From assembly GCF_004010195.1 (NCBI RefSeq), contig NC_057751.1, forward strand, positions 46,979 through 110,978: a stretch of 64,000 nucleotides of DNA, written 5' to 3'. Every line of letters starts with the position of its first letter. Position 1 is the stretch's first letter. Origin of the DNA: Chiloscyllium plagiosum (taxonomy: Eukaryota). The notes below the pieces were generated by a model that was not told where the DNA came from, ran no database searches, and saw only the letters and a program-made list of their open reading frames with translations. Shown piece by piece: positions 1 to 12,169 of this stretch. The translations under genes were made by a program, and so were the position numbers.

Positions 1-400
1 GGGGAGGGGGGGGGGGGGGGGGAGGGAGTGAGAGGCCTCCGCCGTCCCCTCTGGGCTCACACCCAACATAACTCTCCCAAAAGCGGCCTGCGCTGTGGAG
101 GCGTCCATCTATAAACATCCTCCTGATCCCGCCTTCCTTTCTGCCCGAAGGCCGGAGAAAGTTCCCGTTCGCGGGCTTTGTGTTTCGGACGGGCCCCGGT
201 GCCGCTTACCTTCAGGATCCGCCTCTTCGCCATCCCCGCCCGGCGAGTGCCCGCCCGGTCCGCACTGACGTCACAAGCAGGCGGCACGGAAGGCGCGTTG
301 ACGTTACAGAGTGGTCACACGGCGCCCTGACGTCACAAGCAGACGGCACGCAAAGCGTGATGACGTTTCTCAGAGTGGTCACACGGCGCGTTGACGTGAG
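1..400 (-). promoter_or_regulatory. CpG island promoter with a duplicated CRE array
   Basis: Dense CpG; TGACGTCA at 266-273 and 328-335; further TGACGT cores at 299, 361 and 392. Confidence 0.75.
210..233 (-). CDS. Probable first coding exon (MAKRRILK) of a neighbouring gene, possibly a UBE2D-type E2 enzyme; gene would run off the left edge
   Basis: Strong Kozak GGGATGG, 8 codons, then AAG|GTAAGC inside a CpG island; UBE2D genes start with an 8-codon exon (MALKRIxK). Confidence 0.45.
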
Positions 401-741
401 GGAGTATTTAAATGAAGTGATACCAGTTCTTCTTTCTTTCTGTTGTATTTTAATTGTATATCAAAAATAAAGTGGGTTTTGTTGAATCTTAGTTGTGGCC
501 CAGTTGAAGTAAATCTTGAACAATGCGCCTTATATCGTCTTTCTCCATAATATACTGTACTTGAGGCGTGTCTGATCCATTATGGTGAGGTGTGACGTAC
601 TGATCCAGACGACCAATCACCTTCCTCGAGGACACCTCAATGTCCAGGATGCTCCATGTGTACATAAAGGGGGACTTGATGATGGGATGTTGGCCTCTGT
701 GGAGTTATTTGAATTATTACAGTTGCTCTAATAATCCTCAA

Positions 742-978
742 GGAGAAAGTGAGGTCTGCAGATGCTGGAGATCAAAGTTGAAACTTTATTGCTGGAACAG
801 CACAGCAGGTCAGGCAGCATCCAGGGAACAGGAGATTCGACGTTTCGGGCACAGGCCCTTCTTCAGGAATCAAATCAAATCAGATTCCTGAAGAAGGGCC
901 TGTGCCCGAAACGTCGAATCTCCTGTTCCCTGGATGCTGCCTGACCTGCTGTGCTGTTCCAGCAATAAAGTTTCAACT
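742..978. mobile_element. Fold-back Penelope-like terminal-repeat insertion
   Basis: Perfect 96-bp arms 776-871 and 883-978; flanking direct repeat CTAATAATCCTCAA at 728-741 and 977-990; same family as the GIY-YIG-bearing element at 16832. Confidence 0.85.
882..921 (+). ncRNA. Minimal type I hammerhead ribozyme motif, family A (mirror copy on minus strand at 834-871)
   Basis: AGATTC-CTGAAGA-A-GGGC(ctgt)GCCC-GAAA-CG-TC-GAATCT: stem I, core, stem II, palindromic ACGT stem III, GUC cleavage triplet. Confidence 0.8.
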
Positions 979-2809
979 AATAATCCTCAACTCCACTTTC
1001 CTGCTCCCCCCACCAACCCTCAATTCCTTTAGTAATTAAAAACCTGTGGGTTTGTTTTGCAATAAAAAAATCTCACTCTTGCAGTCATTGGAATTAAATT
1101 TGAGTTACAACAAAGTAAAAGCGCTTCACCAGAGACTCTCACTGCTGATATTACCTCATATGGTAATAAAACGTCTGAAAACAAACCTTTAACTTATTTA
1201 CTTATCATGCACCCGAGGTATGAATTTCTCAAAAATTGCTATCATTGACAGTTGTAAAACCTGCAGCTGGTTGACTCAAGCTCGTTCGGGGAGGATGTTT
1301 CCACTTTTTGCCTGATCCAGGCAACATGTGACTCCAAACAACCAATAATGACTGTAGTTAGATTAACTTGTAACTGCACTTTCAAATGCTCCAGCAGTTC
1401 ACTCAATTCAAAGGGAATTAGGAAATGAACAAGTAATGTTTGCCTTACCAGCAATACCCAACGCCCATGAAAGAACACAAAAAGCCCAGGATTTCTGATA
1501 ATCCTCATGCTGTGCGTTAGCAAAGCTATGCCATGTGGAAATTTACATGGGAAACATGAACCACGATCCAAGAGCTAGAGATTCAAGAAAAATAGATGAG
1601 ACTTTTCTGAGTTGAGTGACTGGGAACCTTGGACAGATTCAGAGATTCAATCAGAAAAATCATTAAAGGCAGACACAAGAGAGTAACTAACAACTCTTTT
1701 ACAATATTAGCCTTTATATCCAAGTGGCTGAGAGACAAAAGGGAACAATACTGCCTTGAACATTATCTCTATATTGCCTTGAACATCATGAAACCTCCTG
1801 AATCCCCCAAACTTGAGAGACCATACAACTCTCAGTAAGACACAGAAGGAAATGTGCAAAAACATGACCTAAGTGGAAGGAGAAATACAATAATGGAAAG
1901 TTGGAGAACAAATTCCAGACCTTGGACCAAAATATCCAAAGGCATATCCCCAGTTGTGGCTCTTGTCAAATCTGGGTGCATCACAGAACAGAGCCACCAC
2001 AGCACAGAAATCTCGGAGGTCATAGGCCTGATGGGAGATTCCAGATCGAGGGAGGGATTTCAAAGCAAGGATTTGATTTGTAAGACTTTGCTTAATTAGG
2101 ATCCAACATCAACGTATACAGGCCTGGGTTTTTCCTTTTAGTTTCAAAATTAACTTTGATAATTTGGCCACCTTTTGAAGCTGTTTACAAACAGTATTCA
2201 GTTTATCTAACAAAGAAAATACAGTACAATACAGTACAGTCTCCAAACAGTGACAAACCCAGCAGCTAACAACAGATGATTCCATGAAAAATATTTTGAT
2301 TATGCTGTCATACTGTGGGGAATAAAGGGTGCAAACTGTTTTCATTTTTCAAAATGATCATTTAAAAAACAACAGGGGATAACCTGACCAGAACACCCCA
2401 ATGTCTTGTCAAGAACACTGCCTTGATCCAACCTAGGAATGTTTAGGAGTTAAAGCTTATCACATTTAAGATGAAGGCACTCTCTGAAATGCTCAGTTGT
2501 CTGCAAGTAAAAGACACCACGTGTGCCTGAACATAGTACTATCAATTTGACTATGAGCATGTTATCAGTGAAGTTGATTTCAACAGAAATTTTCATCTGG
2601 GGTGGTGTTAATCATAAAGTGGGTATAAAGAGAGTGTTTCAAGCACCACTTTCTTGAGTACTCCAGCTATCTGTGCTATCCAAAAATCACTTTCAGTCTT
2701 GTCTGCTAGTAAAAATCTAAATGTGAAACATTTCAATCAAGCAGTTTGAGGGGTTATGTAGAGCTAATTAAATTATCTTTCAAAAATTTGTTCTTGACAT
2801 GTCACAGTC

Positions 2810-3320
2810 GAGAACATAGGTCATAGAACATTACAGTGCAGTACAGGCCCTTTGGCTCTCAATGTTGCGCTGGCCTGTAGAACCAACCTGAAGCCTATCT
2901 ATCCCACACTATTCCATTTTCATCCATATGTTTATCCAATGACCATTTACATGCCTTTAATGTTGGCAAAGCTACTATGTTTGCAGACAGAACATTTCAC
3001 ACCCTCTACTACTCTGAGTAAAGACACTACCTGCAAGGTTCCCCATGGGAGACTGATTAGCAAGGTTAGATCTCACGGAATTCAGGGAGAACTAGCCATT
3101 TGGATACAGAACTGGCTCAAAGGTAGAAGACAGAGGGTGGTGGTGGAGGGTTGTTTTTCAGACTGGAGGCCTGTGACCAGTGGATGCCACAAGGATCGGT
3201 GCTGGGTCATCTACTTTTTGTCATTTACATAAATGATTTGGATATGAACAGGAGATATAGTTATTAAGTTTGCAGATGACACCAAAATTGGAGGTGTAGT
3301 GGGCAGCGAAGAAGGTTTTC
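2810..3320. mobile_element. CR1 fragments (minus-strand 3' tail joined to a plus-strand RT piece)
   Basis: KVPHGRLISKVRSHGIQG...WRPVTSG. Confidence 0.75.
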
Positions 3321-3841
3321 TTCCTGTCCACATTTCACACCAGACAACCACACCCCAAAGTTTCATTTCTGAACTTTGCTGTGTCTCTATGTAAGCAGGG
3401 CCCGCTTGTTAGCCCATCAGAGACCTGTACAATTTGTTGACTCCTTCACCAAAGGTTGATGTACATGGTTTCATTCATATTAATACCTCGCTACCCAGTG
3501 GCTGACTGCACATACATCTTTCCCCGGAGATATCACTCCCCCAACACACTCTTCACATGCCCAATAACTCATTTGGGAACGACCGTGTAAACCCATCAGT
3601 CTTTCACTCATGAGTTATTTGGTTTGAGCTTCAGTAAAGACTGCAGCTTTTACCCCTCACCCTGATTTTGAAGCAAAAGCAGTTGATATTTTACCCATTG
3701 ATGTCAAGTCTTTCCCTCGTTAGAAGCCCTCCCCTTGATCCCTGAAATGCCAGCTCCACTAACATCCTGCCCAGTCAACACTCTCTCACTCTAACTTTAA
3801 CTCCTACCCCCTGCCAAATGCCCAAAATTTACTTACCCTTG

Positions 3842-3973
3842 TTTATTTAGTCATCCTGGAGATCTCAGGATCACCCGACAATTTGATTCAAAAAGGAAAC
3901 AATTTTATTTGGAGAATCTTCATTTTTCTTCCACTCACCCCCCCAAAATGTACATGTATTCGTTCAGTTTATT
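3842..3973 (-). terminator. Candidate polyadenylation signals ending a ~1.5-1.6 kb 3' UTR
   Basis: Minus-strand AATAAA at 3968-3973, 3904-3909 and 3842-3847, preceded by U-rich sequence with UGUA motifs. Confidence 0.55.
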
Positions 3974-5456
3974 CACACATTTCAAAATGTAAAACATTCT
4001 AGAAGGTTCTGTTTCTCACAACAGAAAGCCACCAACTGTAGTCCTGTTAAAAAAACCCTAAATACAAAAAGACTTTCATGTACAAGATTTATGTAAGAAC
4101 CTTTTTACATTTTTTAAAAAAGACAAGGTAACTGAAAAAAAAAGACGGATGTTGAAAATGGAAAAGAGGGGTTTGGCTGACAACTGACAAGAAGCTGAAC
4201 AATGCAGCTAAAGAACTGTTCAAGCCTCTTGTCTGAGGTTCAGGATTGTTGCAACCTCTTCCACAAAGTCCTTCTCACCCCTGAGCTATTTAAAAGACAA
4301 CATGGCCTTCAATTGGGGTGACCATTCATGTCAATGTGGTACCCAGTAAGGCAGGTGATGGCTGTCTGCTTTCACCACAACTTGGAACTGGATCTACTCC
4401 TCATTCTTCAGTCTGTTAGTAGACAACTGGGCTATTTGACTCCAGAACACTGCACCCTTCGCATGACATTGTGTAGGTGGGACTTCCTTTCAGCCAGCAC
4501 ACAGAGCACTGACTCTTGCCAGTAAACCCAATGGCCTCCTTAAAACCCCACTTTCTCATCAAACGCTTCCTTTTAAAAGGCAAGAGAACTGAAATGCTAG
4601 CTGTGGCACAAAATCGAATCATCTTCCACAGAATTAAATTTCAGTTGTGCCATTCTCCCTTTGGTAGGAGCAACTCACCTCTGCCTCACAGGGAACTGCT
4701 CCTTAAGTCTCTGATCCTGGCCAAGAACCAGGATATTAGGTCACCAGGTGAATTCGCCTCCAGGCAGAGGCAGGGAACGAGGGGGCACTGGTGGCATGAT
4801 TGTCTCGCTTGCTCGCACAGTCTCATCTATCCCACTGATGCCCCTCCCCACAACAGAGAGATTCAGGTGAAACTAGTTTGGCATCTGCTTCAATCCTGAC
4901 TAGCCTTGCACAGGAACTCAAGCTGTTCGCCAACTACATTCCATAATCTCCCAACACACACCACCCCACCCCCCACATCTGCCCCCCTCTTAGGATACCC
5001 TGTCCTGACTTCAATAAAATGCTCTCCTGCTTTAGCCTAGCTCACATGGTCTTCCTTCCCTCCCGCCTAGCCCCTGGCCAATATTGCCCCTTGTCTTTAA
5101 ATAGGCTAATATCCGCCACAGCACAAAAAAAATTGCAAGCACTCAGTACACTGTCCTGTTCCCACCCTGATTAAACCTGACTCTCACTCTCAGAGCAGTG
5201 AGAGTTCACACTGTACCTGTGCCGACTGTAATGAACACATCAAATGGAATGAAGGTGGTTCAAACTTGGACAGAGGGATAAAGAGATTATCTGTCGTCTT
5301 GGAAATGCCTCCCTTGACTCAGCTCCTCCCTCCAGCTGCATTAACGAAAAAACATATTTACAGGTTTCCATTTAAAATTGGGTCAAATATTGACCAAAGA
5401 ACATCTGACAGTCTCTGTGGAAGGTTGCAGTTCTGAAACACAGGCTATAAATACAA

Positions 5457-5851
5457 TCACTCCGTTGATTTGGTCACCAGAGACAATGGCTGTGTCTGCA
5501 CAGCGGGTACAGCATGTTGGGAATGCGAAGCTGCCTCCACTGAAGAAGGAGGAGTTAACAGGAAAGTGGGGATGGCGGTGTAGGAGAGGTGTCGTGCACT
5601 GGCAGGTGAGGAGCTACTTTCTGTAATGGTGGCAGCTGGGGTGGAGGCGGACAGGGCAGTCAGCTTGGTGCTGAGCGAGAGGGGCTGTGCCTGCTCAGAG
5701 ACCGGAGGATCTGGCTGCAGCTGCAGAGTGGATGGCGAAGGCGGTGAGTCCAAGACACTGCCGGTGGCAGATACAGGTGGGCCACAACTCCCATCTGCCC
5801 GCAGGTACTGTACACACTTCAGTTTCCGGCGAGACACTGGCAGGGACAGAT
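5457..5851 (-). CDS. tcf7l1: Exon 12, terminal coding exon with two CtBP-binding motifs (PLSLSTK, PLSLVTK)
   Basis: CTTCCTTCTAG acceptor in phase 1; DLSLPVSRRKLKCVQYL...QPLSLVTKSTE then TGA; a second in-frame CAG acceptor lies 15 nt downstream. Confidence 0.93.
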
Positions 5852-8800
5852 CTAGAAGGAAGATAAGGCATCAGAACAAGAGACGAAAGTGAGAATGTCA
5901 CAGCAACGTGAAGCATACACAGTATCAACCTTTCACACACACAGTCACCCATTCCATACCAACAATGATCCTACCTCTTCCTAAACAGCAAGCTGTGGAG
6001 GTAGAAAAGGAGGACAATCGAATCCCAGCAGCACAGTCACCAGGAGTAGGTGGAGTTCAAGAGCAACAAGTTGTGGGGGGCAGGACTGATTGGGGTTTAA
6101 ACTCCTATGGCAAACACATTTTATCATCACATGGCTCAAGAGATTTAGTTGCCAAAAAAGACAGAACAACTCTAAATAGGTCAGAGGGAACACAAAAACT
6201 TTTTAAAAATTCAAAAACAGCACAGATCCTTACTTTCGGTAAAGAACTGTAAAAGTTGGAAAACAAACATATGAGTTGAGAAAAAGGATTTTTTTTAATG
6301 CCAAACTCAATACAGGAAAATAAAATTTGAAAAATAGTGCAATCAGGAGAAATTTGAACACTGATCCTCCCAATAACAACAAAGTAGTAGTAATATGTTG
6401 ACCAATTATTTTGCATCAGGTCAGTCTGTTCGATATCCCAAAGAAACAAATATCAAGCCAGGGACAGGAGTTCACCAGAATTAGAATATTGGAGAGAGGA
6501 TTTCACAAAAGAACAACACAACTCCAGAATCAAATGACTTGCAATTCAGCATTTAAACTAAAAGATAACAAGGCTGGGTGAGGTCGAGGGAGATTGTATG
6601 GAGGTGAAAAGATTATGACAGGTTTAGACGGGAAAAAGAAAAAGTGGTCCCATTTGCTCACATTGCAAGGACTGGGGAACAGAATTTTGAGGATGAGGGA
6701 AGAGATGCTGCGGAACACAAGGAAGAAACCTTTTTAATTAAAAATGTGGCCATTGGTTCTGACCAGGACTCTGCCAGTGGTGGTGATAGTGGAGTTGATG
6801 TTAAATTGGGTACTTGAGCAAGCAAAACCTGCAGGGGAACAGGACTGACTGAACTAGGTGGAAAGTTGCCAAGGATTCCATCGGCCAAATGACCATCCTC
6901 TGTGCCTTATCTCAAGGTAGCAAAAGGTAACGACATTCTTCACTACTTTGGAAACTTAGATGGGAAAACTGTATGTCTCTGTGCTATTTAATGATTGTAA
7001 CTAAGGAAAACCAGGGAATGTTGACCAGTTCGACAACTATTTGTCAGCAAGAAACTGAGTTGCTCAAGATGGGGGGAATCTGACAGACTAAAATTGTTCA
7101 GCTGATCAGAGAGCGCGAGCATGGATTTGTAAAAGGAAGGTTCATTTCTGTCGAATATTTTGACTAAGCGACTGAAGGAGTGGACAGGGGAATGTGTATG
7201 AATGCAATGGACTTTCCGTGACAATTAGTTACAATTGAAATTTATGGAATTGAAGGTCAAGGATTGACCTGGTTCAGAGAGTAGCTGCAAAACAGGAGAT
7301 AGAGTTTGGGGACAAAGGGGAGTTTGCCAGATGACAGCAAGTGACCAGGGCTGCCTCACAATCATTCGTCTTACAGCCTCAACTATTCACTGTTTATCAA
7401 TAATTTAGTTGAAAAGCCAAAGCGACAGATGACACAATGATTAGTGTTAATCTCAGTTTTGTCACTGGAAATAAGTGAAATTGATGCAATAAGTGAACAG
7501 ACAAAACTGGCAGACAGATTTCAGAGCAGCCAAATGCAGACCACGTAAGAAGGTCATGCAAACATTATGGGCAAATACAGAATATAACCAGAAAGGTGAT
7601 GGAACACTGGCCTTTATTTGAACAGAAATGGAATACAACAGGCTAGAAGTCATGCTTGAACTGTACAATGTCTTGGCTAAACACAGCTGGAGCAATGGCA
7701 GTGTCTGGGTCACAGGCCTTCACAAGGATGAATTAGCAATGGAGGGAGCGCAGTATAGATTTACTCAAATGACATTTGGAATGCAAGAATTAAATTTGAG
7801 GACAAGATTGCATAAACTCATGTTGTGCTGTCTGGATTAATATGAAATAGGAGCGGGGTAAAACATTTGGCCCATCAAGCCTGTTTCAACACTCAACGAT
7901 CATGGTTGATCTCAGGCTACAACTCCACTTTATCCCTTGATTCCCTGAGACCAAAAACCTGTCTAATCTTAAATGTATTCAAAGATGGAGAGTGAATTAA
8001 CTCTCTGGGGCAGAGAATTCCAGAGATTCACAACCATGTGGAAAGATTTCTCCTCATCCCGACCTAAATGATACCCCTCCTAATCCCAAGACTATGCCCC
8101 ATACTCATCATTCCCTAATCCAGCAGAAACAAAATCTCTCAGTCTACTTGGTCCAAGCCTCTTTAAGATCTTGTGTTTCAACGAGATCACCTTGCATTTT
8201 TCTAAAGTTCACAGAACATTACAGTAAAATCTCTGGCTGAGACACAGAGTAAACTGTAAATAGCTGAGGTCCCAGAACTGACCCTTGCAGCATTCAACTA
8301 TTCACTGCCTGCCAACTTGAAAATGACCTATTTACACCCACTCTCTGATTCCTGTTCATTATTCAAACCTCTAATAATAACATTGAGGTACCCCAGCTCC
8401 ACGAGCCCTCATTGTGCCTATTCACATTTCACGCAGCACTTTATTAAATGGGTCTTGGAAATCCAGGTTAACTATATCAATTGATCCCCTTCATCTACTT
8501 TACTAGATAAATGCTCAATACATTACAAGAAATTTATTAAGCAGCTTTTTCCCCAGAATAAAATCACATTGATGTTTCAATCATAATAGGTTTTTTATAA
8601 GTTTTTTGAGATGACTTCCTCAACAATAGATGCCAGGATTTTCCTAACAATCAATGGAAGGGAAACAGGTCCCATATTCAGCTAACTGATCAACTCCATG
8701 TTTTGACACTGTCTCCTTTCCTGAAAAGCCATGTAATATTTGCTATTTTCCAATCTAATGGGACTGTTCCTGAATCTAAGAAAGGAGCCAGTGGATCCAC

Positions 8801-9000
8801 AATCTCTGGTTTTGTCTTTTACAATCCTACAGCAACATTGGTCAAATTTTAGTCTCAACTTTCTGCAATTTTGTTTCTCAGTTGACATGAACTCTCAGGC
8901 ATTCCCCACTTTCTTTCCCTCCAGATTAGTGCCCATTTCTCCAATGAAACTTGCATATTCTATCTTAAAGACAGATACAATATGCTTGTGCAATCGTAAA

Positions 9001-9318
9001 TTCCTTAGTGTGGAAGCAGGCTCACTGAGGCCACACAACCCTCCAAAGAGCATCCCACCCAAACCTTTTCCTGTAAATCTGCATTTCCCATAGCTAACTC
9101 ACCTCGACTGCACATCCCTGGATACGATGGGCAATCCACTTAACCTGTACATCTTTGTGACTGTGGAAGGAAACCAGAGCACCTGGGAGAAACCCACACA
9201 GACACGGAAGAATGTACAAACTCCACACACACACACATATTTCCCGAGAGTGGAATCAAACAAAGGTCCCTAGCGCTGTTAAATAGCAATGCTAACCACT
9301 GAGCTACTATAGTGCCCA
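9001..9318 (-). mobile_element. HE1/V-SINE-like SINE, diverged
   Basis: Same family as 14876-15190. Confidence 0.75.
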
Positions 9319-11659
9319 CAATATCTTCACCAATTCTTCATTTCCACAGTTACTTCTCCAATCTCTGCTTTAAGTACTCTTCCTTTTCATAAAACTTTAA
9401 AGTACTCACAAACTGTCACCTAGTTTACTCTCATATTTAACCTATTCCTGGTTTCATTTTTGATAGGCCATTGATGGTTTCTGAAACACACTCAATCCTC
9501 CAGCTAACTACATTTTTTTGTAATATTAAAGTCTTCTTCTTTAAATTGAACACAATGCTTAAGCTTCTGAGTGAGCCAAAGATTTTTGCTGAGTTTCCAC
9601 TTTTCAATGCAATCTCCATGTGTTGAGCATTCCAATAATTTCTTTAAATGGGACCACTGTTCTTGTTCAGCCTTTTCATCTATTTACCTAAATAACCAAA
9701 GGCAGTTCTTCTCTTATACGTATAGAATTTAACGTGTTCAAGTTTAAGCTTGCTTTTTATGTTGAGTGTATGTCACTCTCAAACTTATTGTGAACTTAAA
9801 TGGTATTATGATCAATGACTCCCAGAGGAGTTTTTGCTTTCATATGACTAATTCACCATGCTTCATGACGGAATACTTGATCGCATATAGCTTTGTATCA
9901 GGTCAGTTCCAAATATATTGCTCCAAGAAACTGTTACAAAAACATACTACTGACACGTTGTTGAGCACTCTTGCCAATTTGATTCACTCTGTCCATATAA
10001 AGATTGAAGTCTCCCACATGGCTCGTATTACAAGCTCCAAACATTTCAGCAGGCAGCAGTGTTCACTGACTTTTGTGATTCCTAATTTCCACCCATACCT
10101 TAATGTGCTTTATATCATCGTTTACCATCAGGGATACTCCCTTTCCCATACTGTCCGCCTCTCCAAAATATTGTGCACCTTGGAATATTTATTTAGTTGG
10201 CTGAGGCCAAATTAATCCAAGTTTTCCAAAAAATTAAGGGGTGCAGCAAGGGTAAGTGGAAGAAAGGAGTCTAAAAGGTAAAAACCAAACCTTTAAGCAG
10301 TGTGACCAGACAACTCTTCATTTCAAGAGTAATCTGCAATGTTCTTCACAAACATGAAGTGATGCCAAAGCATTTTAGATGCTTGAATGTGTATTGAGTG
10401 AAGGTGTTAATAGTATGGGGTAAAGAGGCACACATATATATTGTAGATCAGACAATGATCTCACTGAATGGCTGAACAGTCTGAATGGCCTCTTCCTATT
10501 CCTGGTTTTCCAGGTAATGAGCCTCACTAGCACAGGTGAGCTGGGTTCAAATGTGCTCAGTTCCTGAGCCCCTGTCACTTGCATGGAAGCCCAAAAAGAG
10601 CCAATAAACACCAAGAGCAGTCAAACCAGGCACCACATGTTTGGACTGATAAGTGAAGAATAAGAATGGATTGAGAGAAAAGACGTTACCTGCACAGACT
10701 ACCAAGGGGCATCACAAACTGAATGCATAAGGTGGGGTAAGAGGGAAGGGGCAAGAGGAGTTAGAGAGACATAAGGTAGGGAGGAGACAGAGAGAGGCAT
10801 GGGGGGGGGGGGCATAGGAGAGAGTTAGTGCTTCTAAACGCAAGCATTAAAACTAAACAATATTGTATATGTTCACATCATAGTTACACTGTCTGCTTAT
10901 TCATGAAGTACAAAACATGTCAACAGAAAACCAAAGCAAAACAAACCTCTCCTCCATTTGAAGTTCACTAACTAGACCAACAGTGCAGTGCATGCTGGGG
11001 AGTCAGTACAGAGGCAGCTTTGCACTGTCAGAGTCAGGACTGAGGGACCACCACAGTGTTGGAGGAACAGCATTGACAGAGTGCTGTACCGTCAGAGCAT
11101 TAGTGCTGAGGGAGCATTGCACAGTCCCCAGCTCCCTTGTCATGTGGATGTGAAAGATCTCATGGTCACAATTATAAGTGGAAGCAAATTCCCAGCAGTG
11201 TCCAAACCAGGTCTTCACCGTCAACCAACATTAGTCAAACAGAGTACTGTATCACATGCCCTTTGCGGTTTATTTCTGTGCACAGTTGGTCTCCCAGGCT
11301 TTTTACATTCTACAGTGATTACAGCCCTGGGACATGGTGAGGCATTGAAGCTTCCAAATAAAGAAGCGAGTTCTTTTTTCCAATCAACTGGTTCAGACTT
11401 TGCTTCATGGAACTCGTGGCGGAAACCATGGAATCATCCCCAAATACTCTGTGCACACAATCACACTATTCACCCTTATTTGTTGAGGCAGCAAACATAC
11501 AATGACCCAAATCAGAGAAGGACAGACAAAAGAGATGATGGTGGGCTCCTTGCTGCTCAAACAGCCAGTAGATCCTCAGAAGCACACACAAATAACAGTA
11601 CTGAACAATCAACCTGCAATTGTGCACACACACTAACACACAATGAGCTAAGAACTCAC

Positions 11660-11714
11660 CTCGATTGTCTCTCTCTGGCTGCTGCTTGTCTCGTTTCCTC
11701 TTCTTCCTCTTCCC
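11660..11714 (-). CDS. tcf7l1: Exon 11, basic tail/NLS (GKRKKRKRDKQQPERDNR)
   Basis: TTTGACAG acceptor, G|GTGAGT donor; 55 nt. Confidence 0.94.
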
Positions 11715-11946
11715 CTGTCAAACAGAGACTTGGGAATGAGTCAGTCATTTACACCCAATCGATGACAGCCTGTGGTGGGCAGGGCATGGCAAAAACTGAG
11801 ACCAAGGTACATGCCCATGATATGAACCCAAAGGCAGTGCAGTGCCCTGTGATCATCCACATGAGCCAGTGATAACAGTGACATGAGAGAGAAATCACAC
11901 TGTCAGAGCGAGTAGATGATGAGGCAGCAGGCCTTTCTTGTCTTTT

Positions 11947-12027
11947 GGTGCTGGAAAAACACAGCAGGTCTGTGCTTTGCTTTTCCAGCACCACTCTAAT
12001 CTCCAGCATCTGCAGTCCTCACTTTCA
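11947..12027. mobile_element. Short Penelope-like fold-back insertion in intron 10
   Basis: Family-A terminus; direct repeat CCTTTCTTGTCTTTT at 11932-11946 and 12028-12042. Confidence 0.75.
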
Positions 12028-12169
12028 CCTTTCTTGTCTTTTCCCTAGTTCTGTCCAGCTGGCACTGGATGGAGTGAGGGCTCTCAGTTACTGTCACACT
12101 CCTCTAACAGAAATCTCATCTCTTCCCATCTCACAGGTTGCATTCGCACAACTCAGCGTAGATACTCAC

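Noticed and set aside
1..27. Poly-G runs (also 10801-10812 and 36676-36694) as G-quadruplex elements
   Set aside because: Homopolymer lengths are unreliable and nothing else supports a function
57..125. Possible exon 2 of the left-hand gene (EDVYRWTPPQ...)
   Set aside because: Purine-rich acceptor and only faint similarity to UBE2D exon 2
540..720. LTR-like fragments (similar pieces at ~41780-42015 and ~63810-63990)
   Set aside because: Too decayed to fix termini or target duplications by eye
10575..10612. Minus-strand CLLALFGLPCK resembling the C-clamp CRALFGL
   Set aside because: No WCxxC, stop immediately after, no fitting splice sites; probably chance, though worth including when aligning the 29-nt exon region
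10946..10972. Possible 21-25 nt exon ending GAG|GTTTGT
   Set aside because: Weak donor and poor pyrimidine tract; no homology support
10988..11872. 294-aa plus-strand ORF
   Set aside because: Antisense to exon 11, starts in a minisatellite, no recognisable domain
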